Of a stretch of DNA of 64,000 bases, positions 7,582 to 16,231 are shown in pieces. Source of the DNA: an uncultured Eubacteriales bacterium (lineage in GTDB: Bacteria > Acidobacteriota > Aminicenantia > Aminicenantales > UBA8522); assembly GCA_964651495.1 (NCBI GenBank), contig CAZYWP010000004.1, forward strand, positions 1,667 to 65,666, written 5' to 3'. The number at the start of each line of letters is the position of its first letter. The first letter of the stretch is position 1. The position numbers and the translations under genes are program-made. Below the pieces are notes generated by a model that saw only the letters and a list, made by a program, of their open reading frames with translations, ran no database searches and was not told the origin of the DNA.

Positions 7582-10544
7582 GCATAAGTAAAGGGACAAA
7601 TCGTCTTGAATTCGCAGTAGCTGCAGTTATGCCAGTCCGGCCTGGCGGCGAAATTCCTGCCCCGGATTCCCTCTTCAGCCTGTTTGACTTTCTCCCAGCC
7701 CCGCGCCATTTCTTTCTCGCCCTTGCCGGCGCGGCCGACGATGTCCGACTCCAGAAAATGGAGCTGGGTCTCGAGGAGCGGAAGGGCCTGCGTCTTCTGG
7801 AAGGAGAGCGCATAGAGGTCCATCTGCAGACTGTCGGCCGCCCTTTTATCCGCCTCCTTCTGGCTTTTCACTTCGCTGGCCTTATAATCGATGATGACGG
7901 CACCTTTGTCCCGGATATCGATTCGGTCCCAGCGGCCGCTGAACCTGACCTTTCCTTCCTGCCATCTGAAGCTCTTCTCCAAGTGAGCAGGCTTGTGGCC
8001 GGAAGCTTCCTCTCGCCTGAAAAAGCGCATCAGGGCCTTGCGCCCCGCCTTCTTCCGCAGCTTCTCATGCTCGCGGCTCAAGTATCCTTCGTTGACCCAG
8101 GAGCCCGCGTATTCTTCGAACAGCTCGTCCAGCGTCGTTTTCCTCCCGGCCGCTGTCTGGCGCAGGAACGAGTGGATGGTATTGTGGAGGACGCGGCCGA
8201 AAACAAGGCTGTGGTGGGGGAGGACGGGAATCCGCAGGAGATGCCGGAACTTGTACTTAAGCGGGCAAACCAAGTAATCTTCGACCTGAAAATAGCTCAG
8301 GGGCAGCACGTCTTTGACCTTGAGTTCAGTCAATACCCGGTCCTCGGGGCTGCCCAATCCGTACCTCCTGAGCTCTTCCAGAGCCGAGGAGCGCTGGACT
8401 TCATCGGGAAGCTTCGGGATATCCAGCGTTTCGAGGACAAAGGGGCTCACTTTCTTCAGTCGCTTAAGCCCGTAGTCCCTGGCCCAGGTCAAGTGCAGAA
8501 GCGTTTTGGCCCGTGTCATACCCACATAGAAGAGCCTTCTTTCTTCCTGTAGAGAAGTCAGGTCGGAAGACTCGTCTTCGTCTCCGGGACTCTCCGCGGG
8601 AGGGAACTCCTCCTTCAAGATCCCGTCCGGAAACGGGATTTTCTCTCTTCTCTCGCGGCCCGGGAATCGGTCGGCGATCAAGCTCACCAGGAAAACGACG
8701 GCAAACTCAAGGCCCTTCGCCTTGTGGACGGTCAGGACGCTGACCGCCTCCTCTTCCAGCTCGGCCTCGGCCGTGGCCGGATTATCCCCGACTTCCCGGA
8801 GGAGGTCGAGATGCCTAGCGAAGGACTGGATGGAATCGTCATCGGCCAGCCCGGAGAAATTTTTTATCTTTTCAAAGAAGAGGCGAAGGTTCTTGATCTT
8901 CAGCTCCGCCTCCAGGTTTCCGGCTTCGACGAGCCTTTTAATATAGCCGGATTTCTCCAGGAAGGCGAAGACGACCTGCCCGGCATTTTGTGTCTTGGAA
9001 AGCTTGACGAAATAGACCAGGTCCTCGACGATCTTCCTGACCAGGGCCGTCGTCTCCGCCGAAATGGCGAGGTCGAGAGTCCCGGCGGCGACATCCTTGA
9101 AGACGCCGTGCAGCGAGAGATTCCGTTTCCCGGCATAGTTGGAGAGAATGGTCAGGTCATAGAGGTCCATCCCGTAGACCCCCGATTGAGCCAGGAAATA
9201 CAGGCTCCGTCCGTCCTCGAAGTTCGTCAGGGCCTTGATAAAAGAGACGACATCCTTAACCTCATCCTGAGCGTAGAGGCCGCGGCTGCCGGAAAAACGA
9301 AACGGAATCTGCTTCATGTTCAGGGCCCGCAGAAAGGGATCGGCATCGGCGTTCCGCCGCACCAGGATGGCAATGTCTCCGGGCCGATAGCCCTCCGCCA
9401 GTTTTTGAGCGATGATCCCGGCCACCCTGTCGGCCTCGTGGGAGAGCGTGTCGAACTGCAGAAGATGGATGCTCTTGCCGGCCCCGCCCGCAGATGCGGT
9501 GAGCTTCTTATCCACCTTATCCCGGAATTCAAGGCGCCTCGGATTGTTGTGCTGGATCAACCGATAAGCAGAATCAAGAATCTGTTGAGTGGACCGGTAA
9601 TTCTTGGTCAGGACGACTTCTTTGACCTTTATTTTTCCTTCTCTTTTTTCGTAATAGTCCCTGAACTTGAGGATATTGGCCAGCGAAGCTCCCCGGAACC
9701 GGAAAATGCTCTGGTCGTCATCGCCGACGACGGTCAGGTTGTTACGGCGGGCGGCCAGCAGCTTGAGCAGCTCGAACTGAATGTAATTCGTATCTTGAAA
9801 CTCATCGACCAGGATATATTTATACCTCTCCTGAAATTCTCTCAGCACGGAGGGCCGCTGGCGAAAAAGCTCAACCACCAGGCAAACCTGATCTTCGAAA
9901 TCGATCTTACCTTCCCTTTTGAGCAGCCCCTCGTAGGCCTCGAAAACGCGGGCCATCTCCAGGTGTTTGAGGGCGATTTCCTTCTCTGCTTCAGAGCCCG
10001 TCCTCTTCTCCAGCCGGCGGGCATAGGCGAGATATTCCCGGGGACTGATATCCTCCTGCCTCAGCCTCTTCACCGCATCCAACAGTTCCTGGATGTGCCG
10101 GGTGGGAGAGCTCAGAGGACGATAATACCGCAGAGGCAAGCGGAAGAGGTTTTCGCGGAAAAAAATGGCCTGTTCGACGTCGTCGAGAAGCCTGAAATCG
10201 AGGGGGTAGCCGAGGTCCAGGGCGTAGCTGCGCAGCACTCGCTCGCCGAAGGAATTGAAGGTGCTGATAGCGACGAACGAATAGCTGTAGGGGATGAGCT
10301 GGTCAACCCGCTCCTCCATCTCGTTGGCGGCTTTTTCGGTGAAGGTCAAGGCCAGGATCTCATCCGGCCTGGCGATTTTGGCCGATATGAGATAGGCGAT
10401 GCGGTGGGTGATGGCCTTGGTTTTTCCGGTGCCGGCGCCGGCGATGATCAACAGCGGTCCCCGGCCGTGCGTCACAGCCGCTCTCTGATCGGAATTGAGG
10501 CCTTCCAGAAGGTGGCGGGCTTTTTCCGATGACGGCCGAGGCAT
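7575..10544 (-). CDS. UvrD/PcrA-type SF1 helicase fused to a C-terminal Cas4/AddB-like PD-(D/E)XK nuclease with Fe-S cysteines
   Basis: Walker A AGAGTGKT and motif II DEFQDT. The C-terminus has RIDI, IIDYK and QMDLYAL nuclease motifs. It also has C-x2-C-x5-C (CSYCEFKTIC) and an upstream Cys (YLVCPLKY). Confidence 0.85.
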   Translation of the reverse strand: MPRPSSEKARHLLEGLNSDQRAAVTHGRGPLLIIAGAGTGKTKAITHRIAYLISAKIARPDEILALTFTEKAANEMEERVDQLIPYSYSFVAISTFNSFGERVLRSYALDLGYPLDFRLLDDVEQAIFFRENLFRLPLRYYRPLSSPTRHIQELLDAVKRLRQEDISPREYLAYARRLEKRTGSEAEKEIALKHLEMARVFEAYEGLLKREGKIDFEDQVCLVVELFRQRPSVLREFQERYKYILVDEFQDTNYIQFELLKLLAARRNNLTVVGDDDQSIFRFRGASLANILKFRDYYEKREGKIKVKEVVLTKNYRSTQQILDSAYRLIQHNNPRRLEFRDKVDKKLTASAGGAGKSIHLLQFDTLSHEADRVAGIIAQKLAEGYRPGDIAILVRRNADADPFLRALNMKQIPFRFSGSRGLYAQDEVKDVVSFIKALTNFEDGRSLYFLAQSGVYGMDLYDLTILSNYAGKRNLSLHGVFKDVAAGTLDLAISAETTALVRKIVEDLVYFVKLSKTQNAGQVVFAFLEKSGYIKRLVEAGNLEAELKIKNLRLFFEKIKNFSGLADDDSIQSFARHLDLLREVGDNPATAEAELEEEAVSVLTVHKAKGLEFAVVFLVSLIADRFPGRERREKIPFPDGILKEEFPPAESPGDEDESSDLTSLQEERRLFYVGMTRAKTLLHLTWARDYGLKRLKKVSPFVLETLDIPKLPDEVQRSSALEELRRYGLGSPEDRVLTELKVKDVLPLSYFQVEDYLVCPLKYKFRHLLRIPVLPHHSLVFGRVLHNTIHSFLRQTAAGRKTTLDELFEEYAGSWVNEGYLSREHEKLRKKAGRKALMRFFRREEASGHKPAHLEKSFRWQEGKVRFSGRWDRIDIRDKGAVIIDYKASEVKSQKEADKRAADSLQMDLYALSFQKTQALPLLETQLHFLESDIVGRAGKGEKEMARGWEKVKQAEEGIRGRNFAARPDWHNCSYCEFKTICPFTYAY

Positions 10545-10568
10545 GGTCTGGATATCAGAAGGAAACGC

Positions 10569-10886
10569 TCAGCGTTTTTCTTCTTTTCTCTTGACGATCA
10601 CTTTCTCGTCCGGCCTGATCAGCCAGAGTTTTTCCCGGGCTTCCCTCTCCACGGCTTGGGGATTGTTCTTGAGGTCCTCGATTTCCCCTTCCAGCCGGGC
10701 TTTCTCGGCCTCTAAACGTTTGACCTCCTGGAGCAGGATTTCGTAGTTCCGGCGCGCTTTGTAGATCTCGATCAACCCTTTCTTGCCGAAAAGTGAGGAG
10801 ATGAGCAGAACGAGAAAAAAGAAGCCGACAGCGGCCAGAAGGATTTTTCTTCTCAGCGAAGCGCCCTTCCTGTCTTCTCGGGCCAT
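10569..10886 (-). CDS. Septum formation initiator family protein (FtsB/DivIC-like)
   Basis: 105 aa. One TM segment, then a coiled coil and the conserved AVEREAREKLWLIRPDE tail. Confidence 0.7.
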   Translation of the reverse strand: MAREDRKGASLRRKILLAAVGFFFLVLLISSLFGKKGLIEIYKARRNYEILLQEVKRLEAEKARLEGEIEDLKNNPQAVEREAREKLWLIRPDEKVIVKRKEEKR

Positions 10887-12286
10887 CAGTCGAGCCTCTT
10901 GAGGCCGAGGTCGAGCAACCGCTCCAGTTCTTTATTCGTCCCCGCCTCCGCGTAACAGCGGATCAGCGGCTCCGTCCCTGATGGACGAAGGAGGAGCCAG
11001 TCATCGTCTTCGAAATCGAGTTTGATCCCGTCGATCCTCTCGACCGCGACAACCATCCGTCCGCCCAAATACTCGGGGGGATTGATGATGAGGTCCTTCA
11101 GCTTTCTCTCGTTTTTGGGATGGAGGCGGATGCTTCTCTGGCCGCTGGATTTCTTTCCGTATTCGCGGAAAAAGCCGGCCCGCAGCTGGGTCAGGTTTTT
11201 CCCGGTGGCGGCCATCATCTCGGCCACGAGCAGGCCGGCGAAAATTCCGTCCTTCTCGGGCAGGTGGCTTTTCACGGCGAAGCAAGCGCTCTCCTCGCCG
11301 CCGAAGATGATCTGCTTCCGCAGTAAAAGGTCGGCTATGTACTTGAACCCGACGGGAGTCTTAAAAAGCGGCAGGCCGTAGCGCCGGGCGACGCGGTCGA
11401 TCAGGTGAGTGGTGGCAACCGACCTGGCCACGCCGCCCCGCCATCCCTTGACCCGGACAAGATAGTCCAGCAGGAGCGAGAGAATGATATTCTGGCTGAC
11501 GAAACTCCCGGCCTGGTCAAGGATTCCAAACCGGTCTCCGTCGGCGTCCGTGGCAATCCCCAGGTCGCACCCCTTCTCCCGCACCAGCCTTCTGAGCTCC
11601 CGCAGGTTGTCTTCGCTGCAGGAGGGAGTCATGCCGCCGAAATAGGGATCGACGTAACCGTGGATCTCTTCGACTGGTATTTCGTTCTCCTCGAGGATCT
11701 CATCCAGGTACTCCCGGCTCGTCCCGTATAAGAGGTCCACACCAATGCGGAGCTTGGACCTCTGGATGGCCTGGAAATCGATCTTTTTCTGGATGAACTC
11801 CAGGTAATCGGCCTGCAGGTCGATCTTGTCCACGAATTCTGTCCGCGGATAATAGACGCAATGGGGTGGGCACCTAGAAAGACGGTTGATTTCATCCTCG
11901 ATCTTATCGGTTTCATGGGGAAGGGCCGGTGCCCCCGTCTCCAAGTTGAGCTTCAGTCCGTTGTATTCGGGAGGGTTGAATGAGGCGGTGAAATTGATTC
12001 CGGCCTGGGCTTTTCTCCTGATGATCTGCAGCGCCTGGGCCTGCGACGGCGCGTCGCGATCGGCCAGGAGGACGTGGATCTGATCGTGGGAAAGGATCTT
12101 AGCGGCCTCATTGGCGAACCGCTCGGAGAGAAACCGGGTATCAAAATTGACGATGACCGCGATACTCCGGCCGGGGAATCTCTTCTTCAGATAGTTGGCC
12201 ACAGCCCGGACCACGATCCGGACATTGGAGAAGGTGAACTCTTCTCCCATCACGGCGCGCCAGCCCGATGTGCCGAACTTGATCAT
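10886..12286 (-). CDS. Alpha-D-phosphohexomutase (phosphoglucomutase/phosphomannomutase family)
   Basis: Metal loop DADGDR, sugar loop GGEES and phosphate loop RPSGTEP are all present. The phosphoserine loop reads TASFNP rather than the usual TASHNP. Confidence 0.85.
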   Translation of the reverse strand: MIKFGTSGWRAVMGEEFTFSNVRIVVRAVANYLKKRFPGRSIAVIVNFDTRFLSERFANEAAKILSHDQIHVLLADRDAPSQAQALQIIRRKAQAGINFTASFNPPEYNGLKLNLETGAPALPHETDKIEDEINRLSRCPPHCVYYPRTEFVDKIDLQADYLEFIQKKIDFQAIQRSKLRIGVDLLYGTSREYLDEILEENEIPVEEIHGYVDPYFGGMTPSCSEDNLRELRRLVREKGCDLGIATDADGDRFGILDQAGSFVSQNIILSLLLDYLVRVKGWRGGVARSVATTHLIDRVARRYGLPLFKTPVGFKYIADLLLRKQIIFGGEESACFAVKSHLPEKDGIFAGLLVAEMMAATGKNLTQLRAGFFREYGKKSSGQRSIRLHPKNERKLKDLIINPPEYLGGRMVVAVERIDGIKLDFEDDDWLLLRPSGTEPLIRCYAEAGTNKELERLLDLGLKRLD

Positions 12287-12336
12287 CGCGTTCCGGCGCC
12301 CAAGTTAGCACAAGATCAGGCTAAAAGCAAATGGAC

Positions 12337-13071
12337 CTAACGGTCCCTTTTCTTCTGCGCTTCGCCGGTCATCGGCACGAAGCGAACGCCCAAGATCGGG
12401 GCCTGGCGGGGCTTGCCTTTCTCCTTGGTCACCAGGGTCAGCGTCTGGCCGGTGAGTGTGCTTCCCAGCGGGATGATGAGCCGGCCTCCTTCCCTGAGCT
12501 GCTCAAAAAGCACGGGCGGAACATGGCTGGCGGCACAGGTCACAATGATGGCGTCGAAAGGAGCCATTTCCGGCCAGCCCTGATAGCCGTCTCCGCTCTT
12601 GATCTGGACATTCTTGTAGCCCAGGTCCAGCAGAGTCCGGGCGGCCAGCGCCGCCAGGCTCTCGTGGATCTCGATGGACAACACCTGGCCCGCCAGGGCG
12701 CTCAGCACCGCCGCCTGATAACCCGATCCCGTGCCGATCTCGAGGACTCTCTCCCCGCCCTTCAGGCCGAGCCACTGGGTCATCAGGGCAACGATGTAGG
12801 GCTGAGAGATGGTCTGCTGCTCCCCGATAGGAAGAGGGTAATCCTCGTAGGCCTGGTCGCGGTAGGCCGGGGAGACAAAGAGATGGCGGGGGATCTTTCC
12901 CATGACCTCGAGAACACGCGGGTCGGAGATGTCCCGGGAGGCCAGCTGCTCGGTGACCATCCGTCTTCGCTTTTTCTCATAGACGTCCCCCTCCTGGCCG
13001 GCGGCCATGAGGGAACAGGCGGAAACGAAGGCCAGAGTCAGGCTAACCCGCGTCAGCAACTTCTTATTCAT
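12337..13071 (-). CDS. pcm: Protein-L-isoaspartate O-methyltransferase with an N-terminal lipoprotein-like signal
   Basis: SAM-binding [13 protein letters not shown] and [11 protein letters not shown] motifs. The N-terminus [19 protein letters not shown] looks like a lipobox signal peptide. Confidence 0.9.
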   Translation of the reverse strand: MNKKLLTRVSLTLAFVSACSLMAAGQEGDVYEKKRRRMVTEQLASRDISDPRVLEVMGKIPRHLFVSPAYRDQAYEDYPLPIGEQQTISQPYIVALMTQWLGLKGGERVLEIGTGSGYQAAVLSALAGQVLSIEIHESLAALAARTLLDLGYKNVQIKSGDGYQGWPEMAPFDAIIVTCAASHVPPVLFEQLREGGRLIIPLGSTLTGQTLTLVTKEKGKPRQAPILGVRFVPMTGEAQKKRDR

Positions 13072-13162
13072 GGTATTCGCCGCCGGAAGTCACTCTCTAT
13101 TTTTATTTTCTTCCATCTCCACTGAGAAATCAACCGCCCGCCGCCCGTCAATTTCAATAAGA

Positions 13163-13191
13163 AAAAAAGGGGAAGGCCCGGGCCTTTCCCT
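13163..13191 (-). terminator. Rho-independent terminator (minus strand)
   Basis: The minus strand reads GGGAAAGGCCCGGGCCTTCCCC followed by TTTTTTT. That is an 8-9 bp GC-rich stem with one bulged A, a CCGG loop and a 7-U tail. Confidence 0.6.
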
Positions 13192-13397
13192 GATATCATC
13201 TTATCGGATGAGGAGGCGGCGGCGATTTTTCACCTCAAATCTCCTCTCTAGGGGTGATTGACGGCCGGCCGGGGATGGTGTGATTCTAATAGCGCACGGC
13301 GGACTGCCGTCGTGTTGGAGATTATTGTTGACAAGAGAAATGATTTCTGATATTGACTTAGGTAACCTGGTTGGAAGAAGTAAGAGCTGTGCCTTGG

Positions 13398-13901
13398 ATG
13401 GAGAAAAGAGCCGTATACCCAGGCTTTTTCGACCCCATCACCAATGGCCATATCGATATAATCCTGAGAGGGTTGAGGCTGTTCGACAAAATCATCGTGG
13501 CCGTGCTCAAAAATCCCAAAAAGAAGCCGCTTTTTTCGACTAAAGAAAGGGTAGGCATGATCAAGGCGATTTTTGCCCGCGAACCGAGGATCGAGGTCAA
13601 AGCCTTTGACGGGCTGCTGGTCGACTTCGCCCAAGCGAACGAGGCCGACGTCGTCATCCGGGGGCTGCGGGCGGTGTCCGATTTCGAGTACGAGTTCCAG
13701 ATGGCTTTGATGAACCGCAAGCTCAACGCCGAGATCGAAACGCTCTTCATGATGCCCAGCGTCAACTATTCATTCCTCAGCTCCATGCTGGTCAAAGAAG
13801 TGTTTAACCTGGGCGGCTGCGTGAAAGACCTGGTTCCCGAGATTGTGGCCCGAAATCTGAAGCGGAAGCTGGCGAGAGGCAAGTTTATTCTTTCGAATTA
13901 A
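13398..13901 (+). CDS. coaD: Phosphopantetheine adenylyltransferase
   Basis: MEKRAVYPGFFDPITNGHIDII contains the (T/H)xGH nucleotidyltransferase motif. I prefer the internal ATG at 13398 to the track start at 13371. Confidence 0.9.
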   Translation: MEKRAVYPGFFDPITNGHIDIILRGLRLFDKIIVAVLKNPKKKPLFSTKERVGMIKAIFAREPRIEVKAFDGLLVDFAQANEADVVIRGLRAVSDFEYEFQMALMNRKLNAEIETLFMMPSVNYSFLSSMLVKEVFNLGGCVKDLVPEIVARNLKRKLARGKFILSN

Positions 13902-13927
13902 CCTTTAATAAAAAGGTAGGAACAAAC

Positions 13928-15007
13928 ATGCTGGGTTTAAGCCAAGAAAAAGGAATCGTCGGACTGGACATCGGATCTCATTCCGTCAAAGCCGTCGAGC
14001 TCACGTCCAAGAAAAAAGCGGACAGGGACGTCTATTCGGTGGTCAGGATCGGGTACGAGCCGCTGCCCCACGATGCCATCGTCGAGGGGACGATTATCGA
14101 CTCGACGGCCGTCGTCGAGACGATCAAAATGATCTTCGACGAAAACAAGTTCAAAAACAGGAATGTGGTTATCTCCATATCCGGCAACTCCGTGATCATC
14201 AAGAAAATCTCGCTTCCGGCGATGGAGAGACAAGAGCTGGCCGAATCCATCGTCTGGGAAGCCAAGCACAACATTCCCTACCCGTACGAAGAGACCAACG
14301 TGGATTACGCCATCCTCAGGCCGCCGCGGGGGTCGGAGGAGAAAAACCTGGATATCCTCCTGGTCGCCGCCAAGAAGGATAAAATTGCCAACTACAGCAA
14401 TGTGGTCAACCAGGCCCGCAAAAACCTGGTGGCCATTGATGTCGATGTCTTTGCCCTGTCCAACGCCCTCGAAGTCAACTACCCGGAGGCGTTTCAGGCC
14501 AAGAACATCGCTCTCATCAATATCGGCGCCAACATCACCAACGTCGCCATCATCGAGCGGGGGACCATGCAGCTCTTCCGCGACCTTTCTCTGGGAGGAT
14601 TCTTCTTTATCGAGAACATGCGCAAGGAACTGAACATCAGTTTTGACGACGCGGAGAAACTGATCAAGGGCATCCCGGCCAAGGACGTCTCCGCTGAGAA
14701 GGTGGACGAGGTCGTCAATTTCAATGTCAAAGACCTGCTCGACGAAATCGACAAGACCTTCTCGTTCTACGAGGCCGGGGAAAAAAGAGAAAAGAAAATC
14801 GAGCAAATCTACTTGAGTGGTGGGCTGGCCCAGCTTAAGAACGTCGCCAGCGCCTTCGAAAACAAGTTCAACATCAAGACGGAGATCTTCAACGCCTTCC
14901 GCAGCGTCCATTATGACGAGAAGAAACTCGACCCCATCTACGCCCAGGAAATGGCCGCTCTCTTTGGAGTCGCCATCGGGCTCGCCACTCGGAAAACGGA
15001 AAAATAA
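13928..15007 (+). CDS. pilM: Type IV pilus assembly protein PilM
   Basis: 359 aa. Actin-like ATPase fold signature VGLDIGSHSVKAVEL. First gene of a pilMNOPQ-ordered cluster. Confidence 0.9.
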   Translation: MLGLSQEKGIVGLDIGSHSVKAVELTSKKKADRDVYSVVRIGYEPLPHDAIVEGTIIDSTAVVETIKMIFDENKFKNRNVVISISGNSVIIKKISLPAMERQELAESIVWEAKHNIPYPYEETNVDYAILRPPRGSEEKNLDILLVAAKKDKIANYSNVVNQARKNLVAIDVDVFALSNALEVNYPEAFQAKNIALINIGANITNVAIIERGTMQLFRDLSLGGFFFIENMRKELNISFDDAEKLIKGIPAKDVSAEKVDEVVNFNVKDLLDEIDKTFSFYEAGEKREKKIEQIYLSGGLAQLKNVASAFENKFNIKTEIFNAFRSVHYDEKKLDPIYAQEMAALFGVAIGLATRKTEK

Positions 15008-15008
15008 A

Positions 15009-15644
15009 ATGATCAGGATCAACCTCTTAAAGCCGGAATCCAAGGAAATCAGGGAAGCGCCCGCCATCGCCGGGCCGGAGATCAAAGCCACAAAGGCTTT
15101 CCCCCTCACCACCATCGTCATCCTGTTCATCGCCGCCGTGCTCGCCGCGGCATTCTTCCTGCAGAAGCGGATGATCAGCCAGGAGAAAACCCGGCTCCAG
15201 ACCGCTCAGGAAGAAAAGGCCAAACTCCAGTATGTCGTCGCCAAGCTGGAGGAGCTGGAGCAGCAGAAGGCCGTTTATGAGAAGAAGATCAACCTCATCA
15301 ACCAGCTGCGGGCGCAGCAGGACAGCGCCGTCAGGATTATGGACGAGCTCAGCAGGAAGCTCCCCGACTGGGTCTGGCTGACCGAGCTCAGCTGCGACGG
15401 TCAGACCATCCAGCTCAAGGGCAACGCGCTCTCCAATAACCTGATCGCCGACTACATCTACAACCTCGAGAACAGCCCCCACTTCGCCAACGTCAACTTG
15501 ATCTCCTCCGCCCAGAAATCGGGCCGGAACACGCAATACCTCGAGTTCTCGATGACGTTGGGCTATGTCCTTCCCGAGGCCGCCCTGGCGCAGCCAAAGC
15601 CGGAGGCCAAAACGAAGGCCAAGCCGCAGGCGAAAAAAAGGTGA
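15009..15644 (+). CDS. pilN: Type IV pilus assembly protein PilN
   Basis: True start MIRINLLKPE at ATG 15009, 1 nt after the pilM stop. Single TM segment then a coiled coil. The track's 14817 start lies inside pilM in another frame. Confidence 0.85.
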   Translation: MIRINLLKPESKEIREAPAIAGPEIKATKAFPLTTIVILFIAAVLAAAFFLQKRMISQEKTRLQTAQEEKAKLQYVVAKLEELEQQKAVYEKKINLINQLRAQQDSAVRIMDELSRKLPDWVWLTELSCDGQTIQLKGNALSNNLIADYIYNLENSPHFANVNLISSAQKSGRNTQYLEFSMTLGYVLPEAALAQPKPEAKTKAKPQAKKR

Positions 15645-15649
15645 GCACC

Positions 15650-16231
15650 ATGAAAAACTGGTCCTGGTACGGTTATATCTTATTGGCCGTGATCGTCTTC
15701 GCGCTCTCATTTTTTTTCTATTTTAAGCCCCAAAACGTCGAGCTGGAAAAGATTAAGAGCGAGAGGCAGAAAGTAGAGCAGGAAGTGGCGCAGCTCCTGG
15801 AGAAGAAAAAACAGCTGGACCTGGTCGAAGCGGAGCTGGCCGGACTCAACAGCACGCTGAAAGAGCTCGAACAGATCATTCCCCTGAGGAAGGAGACCGA
15901 TGTCATCCTCCGGCGTATCCAGCAGATGGCCTTCGATTCCCGGCTGGACATCATCAAGTTCACTCCCAAGGGATTGATCAACCAGGAGTTCTACTCGGAA
16001 TGGCCGATCCCGATTGAAATCCGGGGAAGCTACCACAACCTGGCCGCTTTCTTCGACCGCCTGAGCAAGTTCGCCCGGCTTTTTAATATCGATATCTTCT
16101 CCATCAAAACCCTGGCCAACCAGACAGAAGACCTGACGGTCTCCTCCACCTTCACGGCCAAGACCTACATCTTCCTCGAAGAGTCCGTCGAAGCCCCGGC
16201 CAGCCCGCAGGAGAAGAGGAGGGCACAATGA
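15650..16231 (+). CDS. pilO: Type IV pilus assembly protein PilO
   Basis: MKNWSWYGYILLAVIVF TM segment, a coiled coil, and FFDRLSKFARLFNI typical of PilO. ATG 15650 has AAGGTGAG upstream. The GTG at 15641 is an alternative start. Confidence 0.8.
   Translation: MKNWSWYGYILLAVIVFALSFFFYFKPQNVELEKIKSERQKVEQEVAQLLEKKKQLDLVEAELAGLNSTLKELEQIIPLRKETDVILRRIQQMAFDSRLDIIKFTPKGLINQEFYSEWPIPIEIRGSYHNLAAFFDRLSKFARLFNIDIFSIKTLANQTEDLTVSSTFTAKTYIFLEESVEAPASPQEKRRAQ

Noticed and set aside
8724-10532. Long ORFs antisense to real genes: 8724..10532, 26089..27975, 33496..35448, 48830..50500, 13937..15130, 5839..7017, 61655..62938, 31219..32646, 54884..56110 and many shorter ones
   Set aside because: All lie opposite ORFs with unmistakable family motifs (helicase, ABC exporter, ClpB, AccC, PilM, SppA, GH28, FadL, HslU). 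Their translations are Arg/Gly/Pro/Asp-rich with no motifs. Stop-poor antisense frames are expected in GC-rich DNA.
13072-13203. 43-codon minus-strand ORF (ATG at about 13203) running through the terminator hairpin and ending in an ATGA overlap with the pcm start
   Set aside because: It has no SD and its sequence is dictated by the hairpin and T-run (MISGKGPGLPLFFLL...). A transcript ending at the terminator could not encode it. I regard it as fortuitous.
14817-15008. N-terminal extensions of track ORFs: pilN from 14817, clpB from 35505, fabD from 41801, cohesin-like from 60466, STAS from 61198, coaD from 13371, RRM from 5715, gmk from 25064
   Set aside because: The extensions overlap the preceding gene in another frame or lack family similarity. 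In each case an internal ATG with a plausible SD, or a conserved family N-terminus (MIRINLLK, MKWDKFT, MSRLAYVFPGQG, MIYVVSGPSGSGK and others), gives the expected protein.
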